A stretch of 31,033 nt of DNA from a virus. Its lineage: Duplodnaviria; Caudoviricetes. This document shows, piece after piece, positions 9,781 to 17,061 of this stretch; positions within the stretch are counted from its first letter, which is position 1; every line of letters begins with the position of its first letter. The position numbers and the translations under genes are program-made. The notes below the pieces were generated by a model. The model saw only the letters and a list, made by a program, of their open reading frames with translations, ran no database searches and was not told the origin of the DNA. The stretch lies in IMG/VR virus record IMGVR_UViG_3300022923_001696, positions 1 to 31,033 of that record; one strand, given 5' to 3'.

Positions 9781-9848
9781 AAATTTTTTAATATGAGTGT
9801 ACTGATGGTTCAGTTCCACTTGTTATTATAATTTTTTTATCTACTTGA

Positions 9849-9880
9849 TAAAGATACAAAAAATATTTGTATTATACAAA
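9849..9880 (-). promoter_or_regulatory. Bacteroidota housekeeping-sigma promoter (-33 TTTG / -7 TAnnTTTG type)
   Basis: TTTG-tataatacaaatattttttg-TATCTTTA (20-nt spacer) upstream of the dehydrogenase operon. Confidence 0.75.
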
Positions 9881-9936
9881 TTTAATTGATTAAATAAAAT
9901 AGATAAATTAGTCAGTATAAAAAATTACAGAAAGTA

Positions 9937-10149
9937 TCATGATATAGTACTCACCTTTCCATATTTAATTTTATTCCAAATTCTCTCAAAAATATAAAAG
10001 AAAAAAAACCCACTCAAATTCATAATAATTGCATTCCAAAAATTAGATTCAACAAATGATACACTCAATATAGTCCATGAGTTCATTACTGCTATAAATC
10101 TCCATGAAATTGACTTTAATATAGTTCTTTTTTTTGTTTCTTTAAACAT
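9937..10149 (-). CDS. DUF2061-like small membrane protein
   Basis: ETKKRTILKSISWR...YIFERIWNKIKYG. Start at MFKETK overlaps the upstream TAA (TAATG). Confidence 0.75.
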   Translation of the reverse strand: MFKETKKRTILKSISWRFIAVMNSWTILSVSFVESNFWNAIIMNLSGFFFFYIFERIWNKIKYGKVSTIS

Positions 10150-10772
10150 TATATCGTTTCGTAAAATTCGTTTTGCTTTTCTTGTCTTTGAATTTCCTTT
10201 GGGTGATATAAAGACCATTCTTCATCTGCAGGGAAATTGGAGAAAGTATCATAACCTGTAAGAGTTTCATGTACTTTGTTTCTCCACTCCACCTCATCAG
10301 TTCTTTTGTAAATACGAAGTTGGTAATCTGGATAATTAACCCAACCTTTCTCATTTACATTCCATCCCCATTTCTGAATATGTTCTTGGGTTAATCCTTC
10401 AACTGTATTGACACGTGGTACGAATACTACATCGACTGGGTTATCTTCCAATACATTAGGTAACCAACTAATTAGATTTTCATGTGGTATCTCATCTGCA
10501 TCAATAGAAAAGATATAATCTTTAGTACAATGATTTTTAAGATTATTTTTAAAGGTACCGAAATCTTTATTAAGTGGAAATCCTACCACAGTATAACCAT
10601 GCATCTTTTGCATGATGTCAAGATATTCCATTACCTCTTGAGTAACGGATGTTTCATCGTATTGTACTACGATTTCATCATCTTCTCTCATGGTATTTTG
10701 TAAAAAATTGAGAAGTTTAGTTAACTCCTCAATCTCATTACATACCGTTATTGCATATGATAGTGTTTTCAT
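10149..10772 (-). CDS. GT2 glycosyltransferase (KdtX-like)
   Basis: LSYAITVCNE, YIFSIDADE, PDYQLRIY and KVHE motifs. Confidence 0.85.
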   Translation of the reverse strand: MKTLSYAITVCNEIEELTKLLNFLQNTMREDDEIVVQYDETSVTQEVMEYLDIMQKMHGYTVVGFPLNKDFGTFKNNLKNHCTKDYIFSIDADEIPHENLISWLPNVLEDNPVDVVFVPRVNTVEGLTQEHIQKWGWNVNEKGWVNYPDYQLRIYKRTDEVEWRNKVHETLTGYDTFSNFPADEEWSLYHPKEIQRQEKQNEFYETI

Positions 10773-11296
10773 TATTCGTTATCAGTATCTTCGTTAACCT
10801 CATCTCTAATCACTTCTTGTCTTGTAGATTGATTAGAACCTTCTTTAAATAACTCTTTTAAGAAATCTTGTTCAAATCTAATCTCATATACATTTTGAAT
10901 ACTTTCTAATTTATAGGTTCTATAATTACCCAATGATTTAGAATATACTTTAGAATTGGGTTTGATATAAGATTCAAATAATCCTTTACCATCTTTACTA
11001 AATCTTTTTAGAAGTAGTTCCAATGCTTGGTCTGACCCAATTGGTATTCTTTTATCTCTTAATTTGTTGATAAAGTTGGTAAAATCTACCGGTCTTATAT
11101 CATTAAGTTTTATACAATGAGCCTTACCATCTACAATACCTACCACAAAAACGTATCGAGCAGAATCACCAGTCTTAGTGACGGGGTCTCCACCTTTATA
11201 GGTAGTAATCCGATAGATATTCCTCGGTCTAATTTGAGAACGAGGAACTCTTTTTTCGGGTTTTAAAAATGCTTTATATTCTCGTGTATGAGACAT
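10772..11296 (-). CDS. Basic hypothetical phage protein
   Basis: 174-aa ORF tightly packed between glycosyltransferase genes, K/R-rich. Only a vague resemblance to T4 gp2-like proteins. Confidence 0.6.
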   Translation of the reverse strand: MSHTREYKAFLKPEKRVPRSQIRPRNIYRITTYKGGDPVTKTGDSARYVFVVGIVDGKAHCIKLNDIRPVDFTNFINKLRDKRIPIGSDQALELLLKRFSKDGKGLFESYIKPNSKVYSKSLGNYRTYKLESIQNVYEIRFEQDFLKELFKEGSNQSTRQEVIRDEVNEDTDNE

Positions 11297-11297
11297 C

Positions 11298-12557
11298 TTA
11301 TAGTTTCTTTATTGTTGGTAATTTTAGTTCTACATGTTGTTGAACCTTTGCATACTTGTTAAGTATTTCACCTAACTTAGTTGTCATCTTATCTAAACTA
11401 AAATTCTTTTGGATATTAGTTTTTAATCCTTTAGAATCCTTTTCATACTTCTTATAATTTTTGAATACATCAAAAATCTTCTGAGCTGCTTTAGAATAAT
11501 CTACTGTGAACCATTTTGATTCTTTCAATAAGAATTTGTTCTGAGCAGATGGATGAACTGGTGTTAATTCTCCTTCTAAGAAAACAGTATTTTCTTTTGG
11601 TAAGAAATCAACATGACCACTCCAATTAGAAACTAAGATTGGTTTACCCGTTGTAGCAAACTCTGCAAGTGGTCTACCATATCCTTCACCTTTAGTGAAC
11701 ATCAACATTGCCTTTACTTTTTTATCATTGTAAAGAGAGTTTAATTCACTTTCTGATAAATCACCAAATATTAAATGGATTGGAGGACACTTATCACCAT
11801 ACTCCTCAGTTACTTGTTTAATCTTATCTGCAACGATTTCTCTTTCACCTACCGAGAATCCTGCAGCAGATGTTTTTAAGATAAGACCAGGTTGTTGGTT
11901 TTTAGGTAAGTCTTTGAATACAGTACAGAAAGTTTTGATAACCATACCAGTATCTTTTCTATCTTGTCCTAAGTTCCCCTGTAACCAATGACCTACATAT
12001 AAGAAATTGAAATCAGTATCAACTGAGTCTAATATAGATGATTTTGATTTACTATTGAATACATCTAAGTTAACACCTTCAAATAAAACCTCAATAGGTG
12101 TAGTCACTTTTAACTCACCAACTGGTTGTTGAGTATTTTTATCTACTTGAGTATAGATGGTTTTAATAAGAGTATCTTTAGTAAATTCCGATGGTGTGAT
12201 TACTAAATCCATTAGATTAGAACCTTGAATGAATTCCTGTGGTGCAAGTGTAGTTTCTACTCCTGCAGTAATTCCAATGTTATACTTACCAACTTTCTTG
12301 AACTCATTTGCAACTGATACTTGAATAAAAATATCTGGTTGTTTATTTATTTGAGTTACAATGTTGGATAAGATTTTTTGTCCAAATTCTGTTTGTGGGT
12401 CTATCTGGTCTTGAGGAGTATTCCCCCAACGAGTAGGTACGATTTTTACATCATACGTATCTAAATCAAAAAGTGATTTGAGGATATCTCTACTATGGTC
12501 ACCATAACCCGAGCGAGTTGCAATTGGTGCCTGAAATAATAATAATGGTTTACTCAT
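11298..12557 (-). CDS. GT4 (GT-B) glycosyltransferase
   Basis: SGYG N-terminal motif, DRKD, and GEGYGRPLAEFATTGKPILVSNWSGH (EX7E). Confidence 0.88.
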   Translation of the reverse strand: MSKPLLLFQAPIATRSGYGDHSRDILKSLFDLDTYDVKIVPTRWGNTPQDQIDPQTEFGQKILSNIVTQINKQPDIFIQVSVANEFKKVGKYNIGITAGVETTLAPQEFIQGSNLMDLVITPSEFTKDTLIKTIYTQVDKNTQQPVGELKVTTPIEVLFEGVNLDVFNSKSKSSILDSVDTDFNFLYVGHWLQGNLGQDRKDTGMVIKTFCTVFKDLPKNQQPGLILKTSAAGFSVGEREIVADKIKQVTEEYGDKCPPIHLIFGDLSESELNSLYNDKKVKAMLMFTKGEGYGRPLAEFATTGKPILVSNWSGHVDFLPKENTVFLEGELTPVHPSAQNKFLLKESKWFTVDYSKAAQKIFDVFKNYKKYEKDSKGLKTNIQKNFSLDKMTTKLGEILNKYAKVQQHVELKLPTIKKL

Positions 12558-12828
12558 TTTCTAATTCTTTTATTCTGTTTTCTTCCTCGTTTCTCAAACA
12601 TCTCTGAATAGAAATTTCGGTTAATTTAGTTATTTCTTCTATCTTCTCTGGTTCATGGGGTGAGTTATAACACTCAAATCTTGGAGATTCAACTTCGTTA
12701 TCTTGTAATACGATGATATGATAATCTTCATTTAAATCTTTCATACCATGAATCGCCTTACGAGATTCATTTACTTGATTGGATGTCCAATAACCAGGTA
12801 CTCTGATAATAAAAATTGGTTTACCCAT
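12550..12828 (-). CDS. Hypothetical protein
   Basis: 92-aa ORF overlapping neighbours on both sides. Confidence 0.6.
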   Translation of the reverse strand: MGKPIFIIRVPGYWTSNQVNESRKAIHGMKDLNEDYHIIVLQDNEVESPRFECYNSPHEPEKIEEITKLTEISIQRCLRNEEENRIKELENE

Positions 12829-14219
12829 TATCTCAGTTTATAAACGTTGAATTTCTTTTTAGGTTTCCAATTCTTAAAGGTGGTTTCAATTCCGTCAACA
12901 AGTGTATCACACATGTTTCCACGATTTAATCCCATTTCTCCCATGAATTCTTTTCTACCTTCTAAACCGGCTTCTTTTCTTTCTTGTGGTGTTTTATCGT
13001 ACCAATATCTGATTGCATCAGTCACTTCGTAAATATCCACTTTATCATCAATGATATAAGGAGTAGGAACAGAACCGACCATAGTTTGAACTCGTGGCCA
13101 GACTGGTTTAACCCATGAACCATGTGTTACTTTATCTTCCCACTTTCTCCAATCATGTAGAGAACCGATTTCAATATAATCTTCTGCAGTTAGATACTTA
13201 CCATCTACTTTGAATCCACATTGGTCTTGTAATCCACCAGTAACATTTACAATTGATGGAGTACCTGCCATAACCGATTCTGCAGTTACTAAACCAAATC
13301 CTTCATTACCGGCGATGTTAATTGTAGCATCAGATAAGTTGTATAGGTAGTTTAATTGTTCTTGTGAAACTCTATCAGTTGAAAATTTAATATCACATGT
13401 AGGTGCAAGTGTTTCCGCAACTTTATATAAATCAGTACCATTTTGGTCTACTGGTGCGGTGTGCATTATCAAACATACCTTATCTTTATCTTCTTCAGGT
13501 AACCCATCTACGAATTTAGAAAATGCCCAAATCACATCTGATGGTTGTTTACGTTTAATATTTCGGTTCATCCAAAATAAAACGAATTTATAATCTTTAC
13601 CACCAAGAACTTTTTGTCTGAAATCTTCTGGTACATCCGTTGGTTTATATAAGTCTGAATTAATACCATGTGGTACATAAGATACTTGCCAATCTTCCAA
13701 TGGTTTGATTGTTTCTGAATCAATCTTACCTACTCGATTTACGATACCGTAAGTCTGTCTTGAGATACAGCCTAACCAATCACATGATTCGTAGTAATCT
13801 CTATTATATTTTGGGTCTGGCAAATCATCCCAAATATGGTAGAATAAAATTGGAATATTTTGTCTTAACTCAGCTTCCATTTCGTATAACCATCTCCAAT
13901 ATCTTGGGTCAGTAAAGTGTAAGATTGCATCAGGCTGATGTCTCATAATTAATTCACGTAAGATATTTGCATCCCCATAACCACTCCAAGGAATGATTTT
14001 AAGAGAAGCATCTTCGATACCACTAATTCTACGAGCATCCTCACCAAGGTCAAACTCTTTACCCTTTTCTGGATGGTCTACTGCAGCACCTAATTGTACC
14101 CAATCATAATGTTCAAAAGTACCAAAAACTAAATCTTTTGATACTGTTGCGATTCCTGATGACATACGTAAATCATCGGATAATAAAAGAATTTTCTTCT
14201 TCTTTTTTTCTTCTGCCAT
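12828..14219 (-). CDS. GT4 (GT-B) glycosyltransferase
   Basis: SSGIA, YVPHGIN, NRNIKRKQP, and NEGFGLVTAESVMAGTP (EX7E). Confidence 0.9.
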   Translation of the reverse strand: MAEEKKKKKILLLSDDLRMSSGIATVSKDLVFGTFEHYDWVQLGAAVDHPEKGKEFDLGEDARRISGIEDASLKIIPWSGYGDANILRELIMRHQPDAILHFTDPRYWRWLYEMEAELRQNIPILFYHIWDDLPDPKYNRDYYESCDWLGCISRQTYGIVNRVGKIDSETIKPLEDWQVSYVPHGINSDLYKPTDVPEDFRQKVLGGKDYKFVLFWMNRNIKRKQPSDVIWAFSKFVDGLPEEDKDKVCLIMHTAPVDQNGTDLYKVAETLAPTCDIKFSTDRVSQEQLNYLYNLSDATINIAGNEGFGLVTAESVMAGTPSIVNVTGGLQDQCGFKVDGKYLTAEDYIEIGSLHDWRKWEDKVTHGSWVKPVWPRVQTMVGSVPTPYIIDDKVDIYEVTDAIRYWYDKTPQERKEAGLEGRKEFMGEMGLNRGNMCDTLVDGIETTFKNWKPKKKFNVYKLR

Positions 14220-14229
14220 TTAATTAAAT

Positions 14230-14433
14230 TTAAAATTGTGAACCACTTGGTTCTAATTCTGTGTAGTTGTTTATTTCGTTTCTAAAATTCTCATCTTCGA
14301 TATATTTGTCTACCGAACGATTTACTAATTTTTGTAGTGTGATATTAGAATCAAACGAAATTCTTTTAAAACTAGAGTATAAATTTTTTACAATCTTTAC
14401 CGTAGTTAATTTAGTTTCTGCTTTATTTGCCAT
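14230..14433 (-). CDS. Small ribbon-helix-helix-like DNA-binding protein
   Basis: KLTTVKI strand followed by two helices (LYSSFKRIS; TLQKLVNRSVDKY). AGGAG upstream. Confidence 0.55.
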   Translation of the reverse strand: MANKAETKLTTVKIVKNLYSSFKRISFDSNITLQKLVNRSVDKYIEDENFRNEINNYTELEPSGSQF

Positions 14434-14460
14434 AACTCTCCTATTGGGTTTATATTTTTA

Positions 14461-14471
14461 TATAAATATAT
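14461..14471 (-). promoter_or_regulatory. Candidate phage-specific promoter motif ATATATTTATA (second copy)
   Basis: Identical to 3155-3165, about 30 nt upstream of the RHH/glycosyltransferase operon. Confidence 0.35.
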
Positions 14472-14493
14472 ACGAATAGGAAAAACGGAAAAA

Positions 14494-15351
14494 TTATTTC
14501 CAAATAGGACAAAGTTTTCTCGTCTTAAATTCGCACCAGTCACAAGGTTTACCTTTGTTAGTTGGGAATTCCGTTTGAATAACTTCACCATTATCTCCAT
14601 AGACAGAATCAACAAATCCTTTGAAATCATTCCATGCCTTGTTTACAGAAGGTTTACCGTTTGCAGGTACAAACTTAGAGATACGTGGAATTGGGAAATC
14701 TGCACCTTCATACAATTTTCGTTTAAGGATTTGATACTCCACTTTAATCTTATCTAAAGGAATTCCATATTTGTCTGAATAGAATTTCTTGTACAATAAC
14801 ATTTGAGATATTTTGGTTTTATCTGCCTTCTGATATTTGTTCCAACCTCGTGTAGATGTTTTTAAATCAATGATAACATATTCGTTGGTAGTTAAATCTT
14901 CTAATAAAATATCAATGAAACCAATAAAGTGAACACCTGGTTTAATCTCAGCATTCAATCTCTGTTCTATTGCAACTAATCTCCACCCACTTTTAGCATA
15001 AAGAGTATCTAATTTGTTTGTGAAGTATTCTAATATTTTTACACCGTCCTCATAGAATTCTTGCAATTCTTCTTTAGTACATGGGTCATCCTCACCCATC
15101 TTCTCTTTCTCTTTCTTGAAATGTTCAACAAGTTTATCTTGTAACATTTGTTCTAGGTTGAGTTGAAGTGCCTGTTTCTTGGTGACATTATACATTACAT
15201 CCAAAAAGTGTTGGATTACTTCGTGCATGCTCGACCCGAAAATTAAATGAATATTAGCATTACTAATACCTAACTTATCAATATAATTTAATTTGAATTG
15301 TTGCTGACAACTCGAATACATACCGAATTGCGAATAACTTACTCTTGCCAT
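14494..15351 (-). CDS. PD-(D/E)XK Cas4/RecB-like exonuclease with Fe-S-type cysteines
   Basis: SYSQ..Y..C, FGSSMHE, GFIDIL, IIDLKT, QMLLY, and C-terminal CDWCEF...C. Confidence 0.85.
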   Translation of the reverse strand: MARVSYSQFGMYSSCQQQFKLNYIDKLGISNANIHLIFGSSMHEVIQHFLDVMYNVTKKQALQLNLEQMLQDKLVEHFKKEKEKMGEDDPCTKEELQEFYEDGVKILEYFTNKLDTLYAKSGWRLVAIEQRLNAEIKPGVHFIGFIDILLEDLTTNEYVIIDLKTSTRGWNKYQKADKTKISQMLLYKKFYSDKYGIPLDKIKVEYQILKRKLYEGADFPIPRISKFVPANGKPSVNKAWNDFKGFVDSVYGDNGEVIQTEFPTNKGKPCDWCEFKTRKLCPIWK

Positions 15352-15378
15352 ATAACTTGTGTTTTATCGTTTACTATG

Positions 15379-15410
15379 TAAAGATACGAAAAAAGTTTGG
15401 AATATCCAAA
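15379..15410 (-). promoter_or_regulatory. Bacteroidota housekeeping-sigma promoter overlapping a 12-bp inverted repeat
   Basis: TTTG-gatattccaaacttttttcg-TATCTTTA. Inverted repeat AAAAAGTTTGGA-N3-TCCAAACTTTTT at 15390-15416 may double as a terminator. Confidence 0.78.
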
Positions 15411-15419
15411 CTTTTTCTA

Positions 15420-15881
15420 TTAAACTTTCAATTTTAACTTGGTGATTTGTTTTTTATCTACACCATATTTCTCACATATATACTTAATATTCTCTCTACC
15501 TTCTTTAGTGGAGTAAAGTATCTCACAATATTCTTCGGCCTCTCGTGAAGAACATTGAAAATCTTGTATGATTAATTCAATCAACCATTTTTCGTATTTA
15601 TCTACACCCTTACCTTTAACATACTTTAAAAAGTATCTTCCCTTTGGTAAAAGACCAATCATAGCAAGATACAATTGTTTTGGTTCTAAAGTTTGAGTTA
15701 ATGGTTGTATTTCTGATAACAATTCAATCCAATCTGGGTTCATAGAAAGAAATCTATGTACCATAAAATTAGACCAGGTCTTTTTATCAGCATCTTCTAA
15801 GGTATCCCAGTACTTTGGATTTTGTTCTTGAGTTATTGCCTTTATATGGTCAAAAAGTGTTTTTGGTTTAGTTTCACTCAT
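15420..15881 (-). CDS. Clamp-loader small subunit (T4 gp62-like)
   Basis: LFDHIKAI...FMVHRFLSMNPD...LLPKGRYFLKYVK pattern. Start reassigned to MSETKP. Clamp and large subunit are nearby. Confidence 0.7.
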   Translation of the reverse strand: MSETKPKTLFDHIKAITQEQNPKYWDTLEDADKKTWSNFMVHRFLSMNPDWIELLSEIQPLTQTLEPKQLYLAMIGLLPKGRYFLKYVKGKGVDKYEKWLIELIIQDFQCSSREAEEYCEILYSTKEGRENIKYICEKYGVDKKQITKLKLKV

Positions 15882-16167
15882 TACAATCACATTTTGGTTT
15901 CTGACCACATGCACATGTTGTGGTATCATCCATAATTGGTATTTCTTCCATGTTTAACTTAACAAATTCTTGATATAGTTCATATGATTCTTTATGCATA
16001 TTACATGCCTCTTTTCTACTCTCATCAATATGTACCGAATATACATCAATTACTTGAGCATTTAAACGACCATCAGTAATATCAGTATATTCTCTGTGTA
16101 CTATTTGATAATCATCAAATTCTTCAGGTATAGCATTTAAAAATGATTTATAATCTTTTATAGTCAT
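15874..16167 (-). CDS. Hypothetical protein with Cys-rich C-terminus
   Basis: Start reassigned to MTIKDY; ends CACGQKPKCDCNE. Confidence 0.6.
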   Translation of the reverse strand: MTIKDYKSFLNAIPEEFDDYQIVHREYTDITDGRLNAQVIDVYSVHIDESRKEACNMHKESYELYQEFVKLNMEEIPIMDDTTTCACGQKPKCDCNE

Positions 16168-16171
16168 GTTC

Positions 16172-16405
16172 TTATTGTTTTTTCTGTAATTCCTTTGGTA
16201 GTAATTCTTGATTAATCTCTCCACAATCTCCACATAAATAGAGTTCTACTGGTATGATTGCATCTTGAGGTGTTCCTGTCACCAACTTAGAAATCTTTAA
16301 GAATTTGGTTCCTGGTATAAATACAGTACCTCCACATTCTTGACAAGTCATTTCAGTTGCTTTGGATAAATCGATTTTTGGTTGTTGTGGTTTAATTTCT
16401 GCCAT
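16172..16405 (-). CDS. Small zinc-ribbon protein
   Basis: CQECG and CGDCG pairs; has its own promoter upstream. Confidence 0.75.
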   Translation of the reverse strand: MAEIKPQQPKIDLSKATEMTCQECGGTVFIPGTKFLKISKLVTGTPQDAIIPVELYLCGDCGEINQELLPKELQKKQ

Positions 16406-16427
16406 TTTTATTTTTGTTTAGTTTATA

Positions 16428-16459
16428 CAAAGATACAAAATTATAGTTTAGTATCCAAA
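16428..16459 (-). promoter_or_regulatory. Bacteroidota housekeeping-sigma promoter
   Basis: TTTG-gatactaaactataattttg-TATCTTTG (20-nt spacer), partly inside the 3' end of the upstream gene. Confidence 0.78.
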
Positions 16460-16995
16460 AGTTTTACAATATTTTTTACAGTTTTATTACCAACTTTAAC
16501 TTTGTGGTAAGGAATATTGTATTTTATTAAAGTATTCTCAATTTCTCTATCTAAATTTTTAGATTCTTCTAAACTTTGGTATCGTTCTTTATCATTATGA
16601 ACCCCATCATCACTACGTTCCAATAAAATGTTAATTGAATCGTACTGATTATGAATATCTATGACTAACTTATCAAAGTGTTCTGAATTATATAAAGTAG
16701 ATGGGTAAGTAGTTCCTTGATACACACTACGATACACGAGAGAAAGAATTATGGGTGAATCCAATACAATGTAATCAACTTTACCAAAACTCTTTACAAT
16801 CCCTCTATGTTGGTTTGCAAGGACATACAATTGGTCTTGGATTGCCGAATGATTTTCATCCCAAGCCAATGCTTTAGGAAACTCATAAGGATTATCACAA
16901 TTGATATGTTTCTTTTTTAGTTTGTAAGTTAGACCAGATGCGATTGATGATTTACCAATACCAGGTCCTCCAAATAAATTGATTATCTTACTCAT
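16441..16995 (-). CDS. P-loop kinase/ATPase (AAA_28/NadR-like)
   Basis: IINLFGGPGIGKS Walker A, YEFPK, VLDSP, ERYQS. Confidence 0.75.
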   Translation of the reverse strand: MSKIINLFGGPGIGKSSIASGLTYKLKKKHINCDNPYEFPKALAWDENHSAIQDQLYVLANQHRGIVKSFGKVDYIVLDSPIILSLVYRSVYQGTTYPSTLYNSEHFDKLVIDIHNQYDSINILLERSDDGVHNDKERYQSLEESKNLDREIENTLIKYNIPYHKVKVGNKTVKNIVKLLDTKL

Positions 16996-17008
16996 GTAAC
17001 TTTGTTAT

Positions 17009-17039
17009 AAAAAAAGAGGGAGGTGTTATCCTCCCCCTT
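17009..17039 (-). terminator. Rho-independent terminator after the TonB-dependent receptor
   Basis: Minus strand AAGGGGGAGG-ATAACA-CCTCCCTCTT followed by TTTTT. Confidence 0.85.
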
Positions 17040-17061
17040 ATTATATTAAATATAAATTGGA

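Noticed and set aside
10772-11296. T4 gp2 DNA end-protector assignment
   Set aside because: Resemblance too weak to support without a profile search.
14494-15351. Cas4-like nuclease as sign of a CRISPR-Cas system
   Set aside because: No repeat-spacer array or other cas genes seen; solo Cas4-like nucleases are common in phage replication regions.
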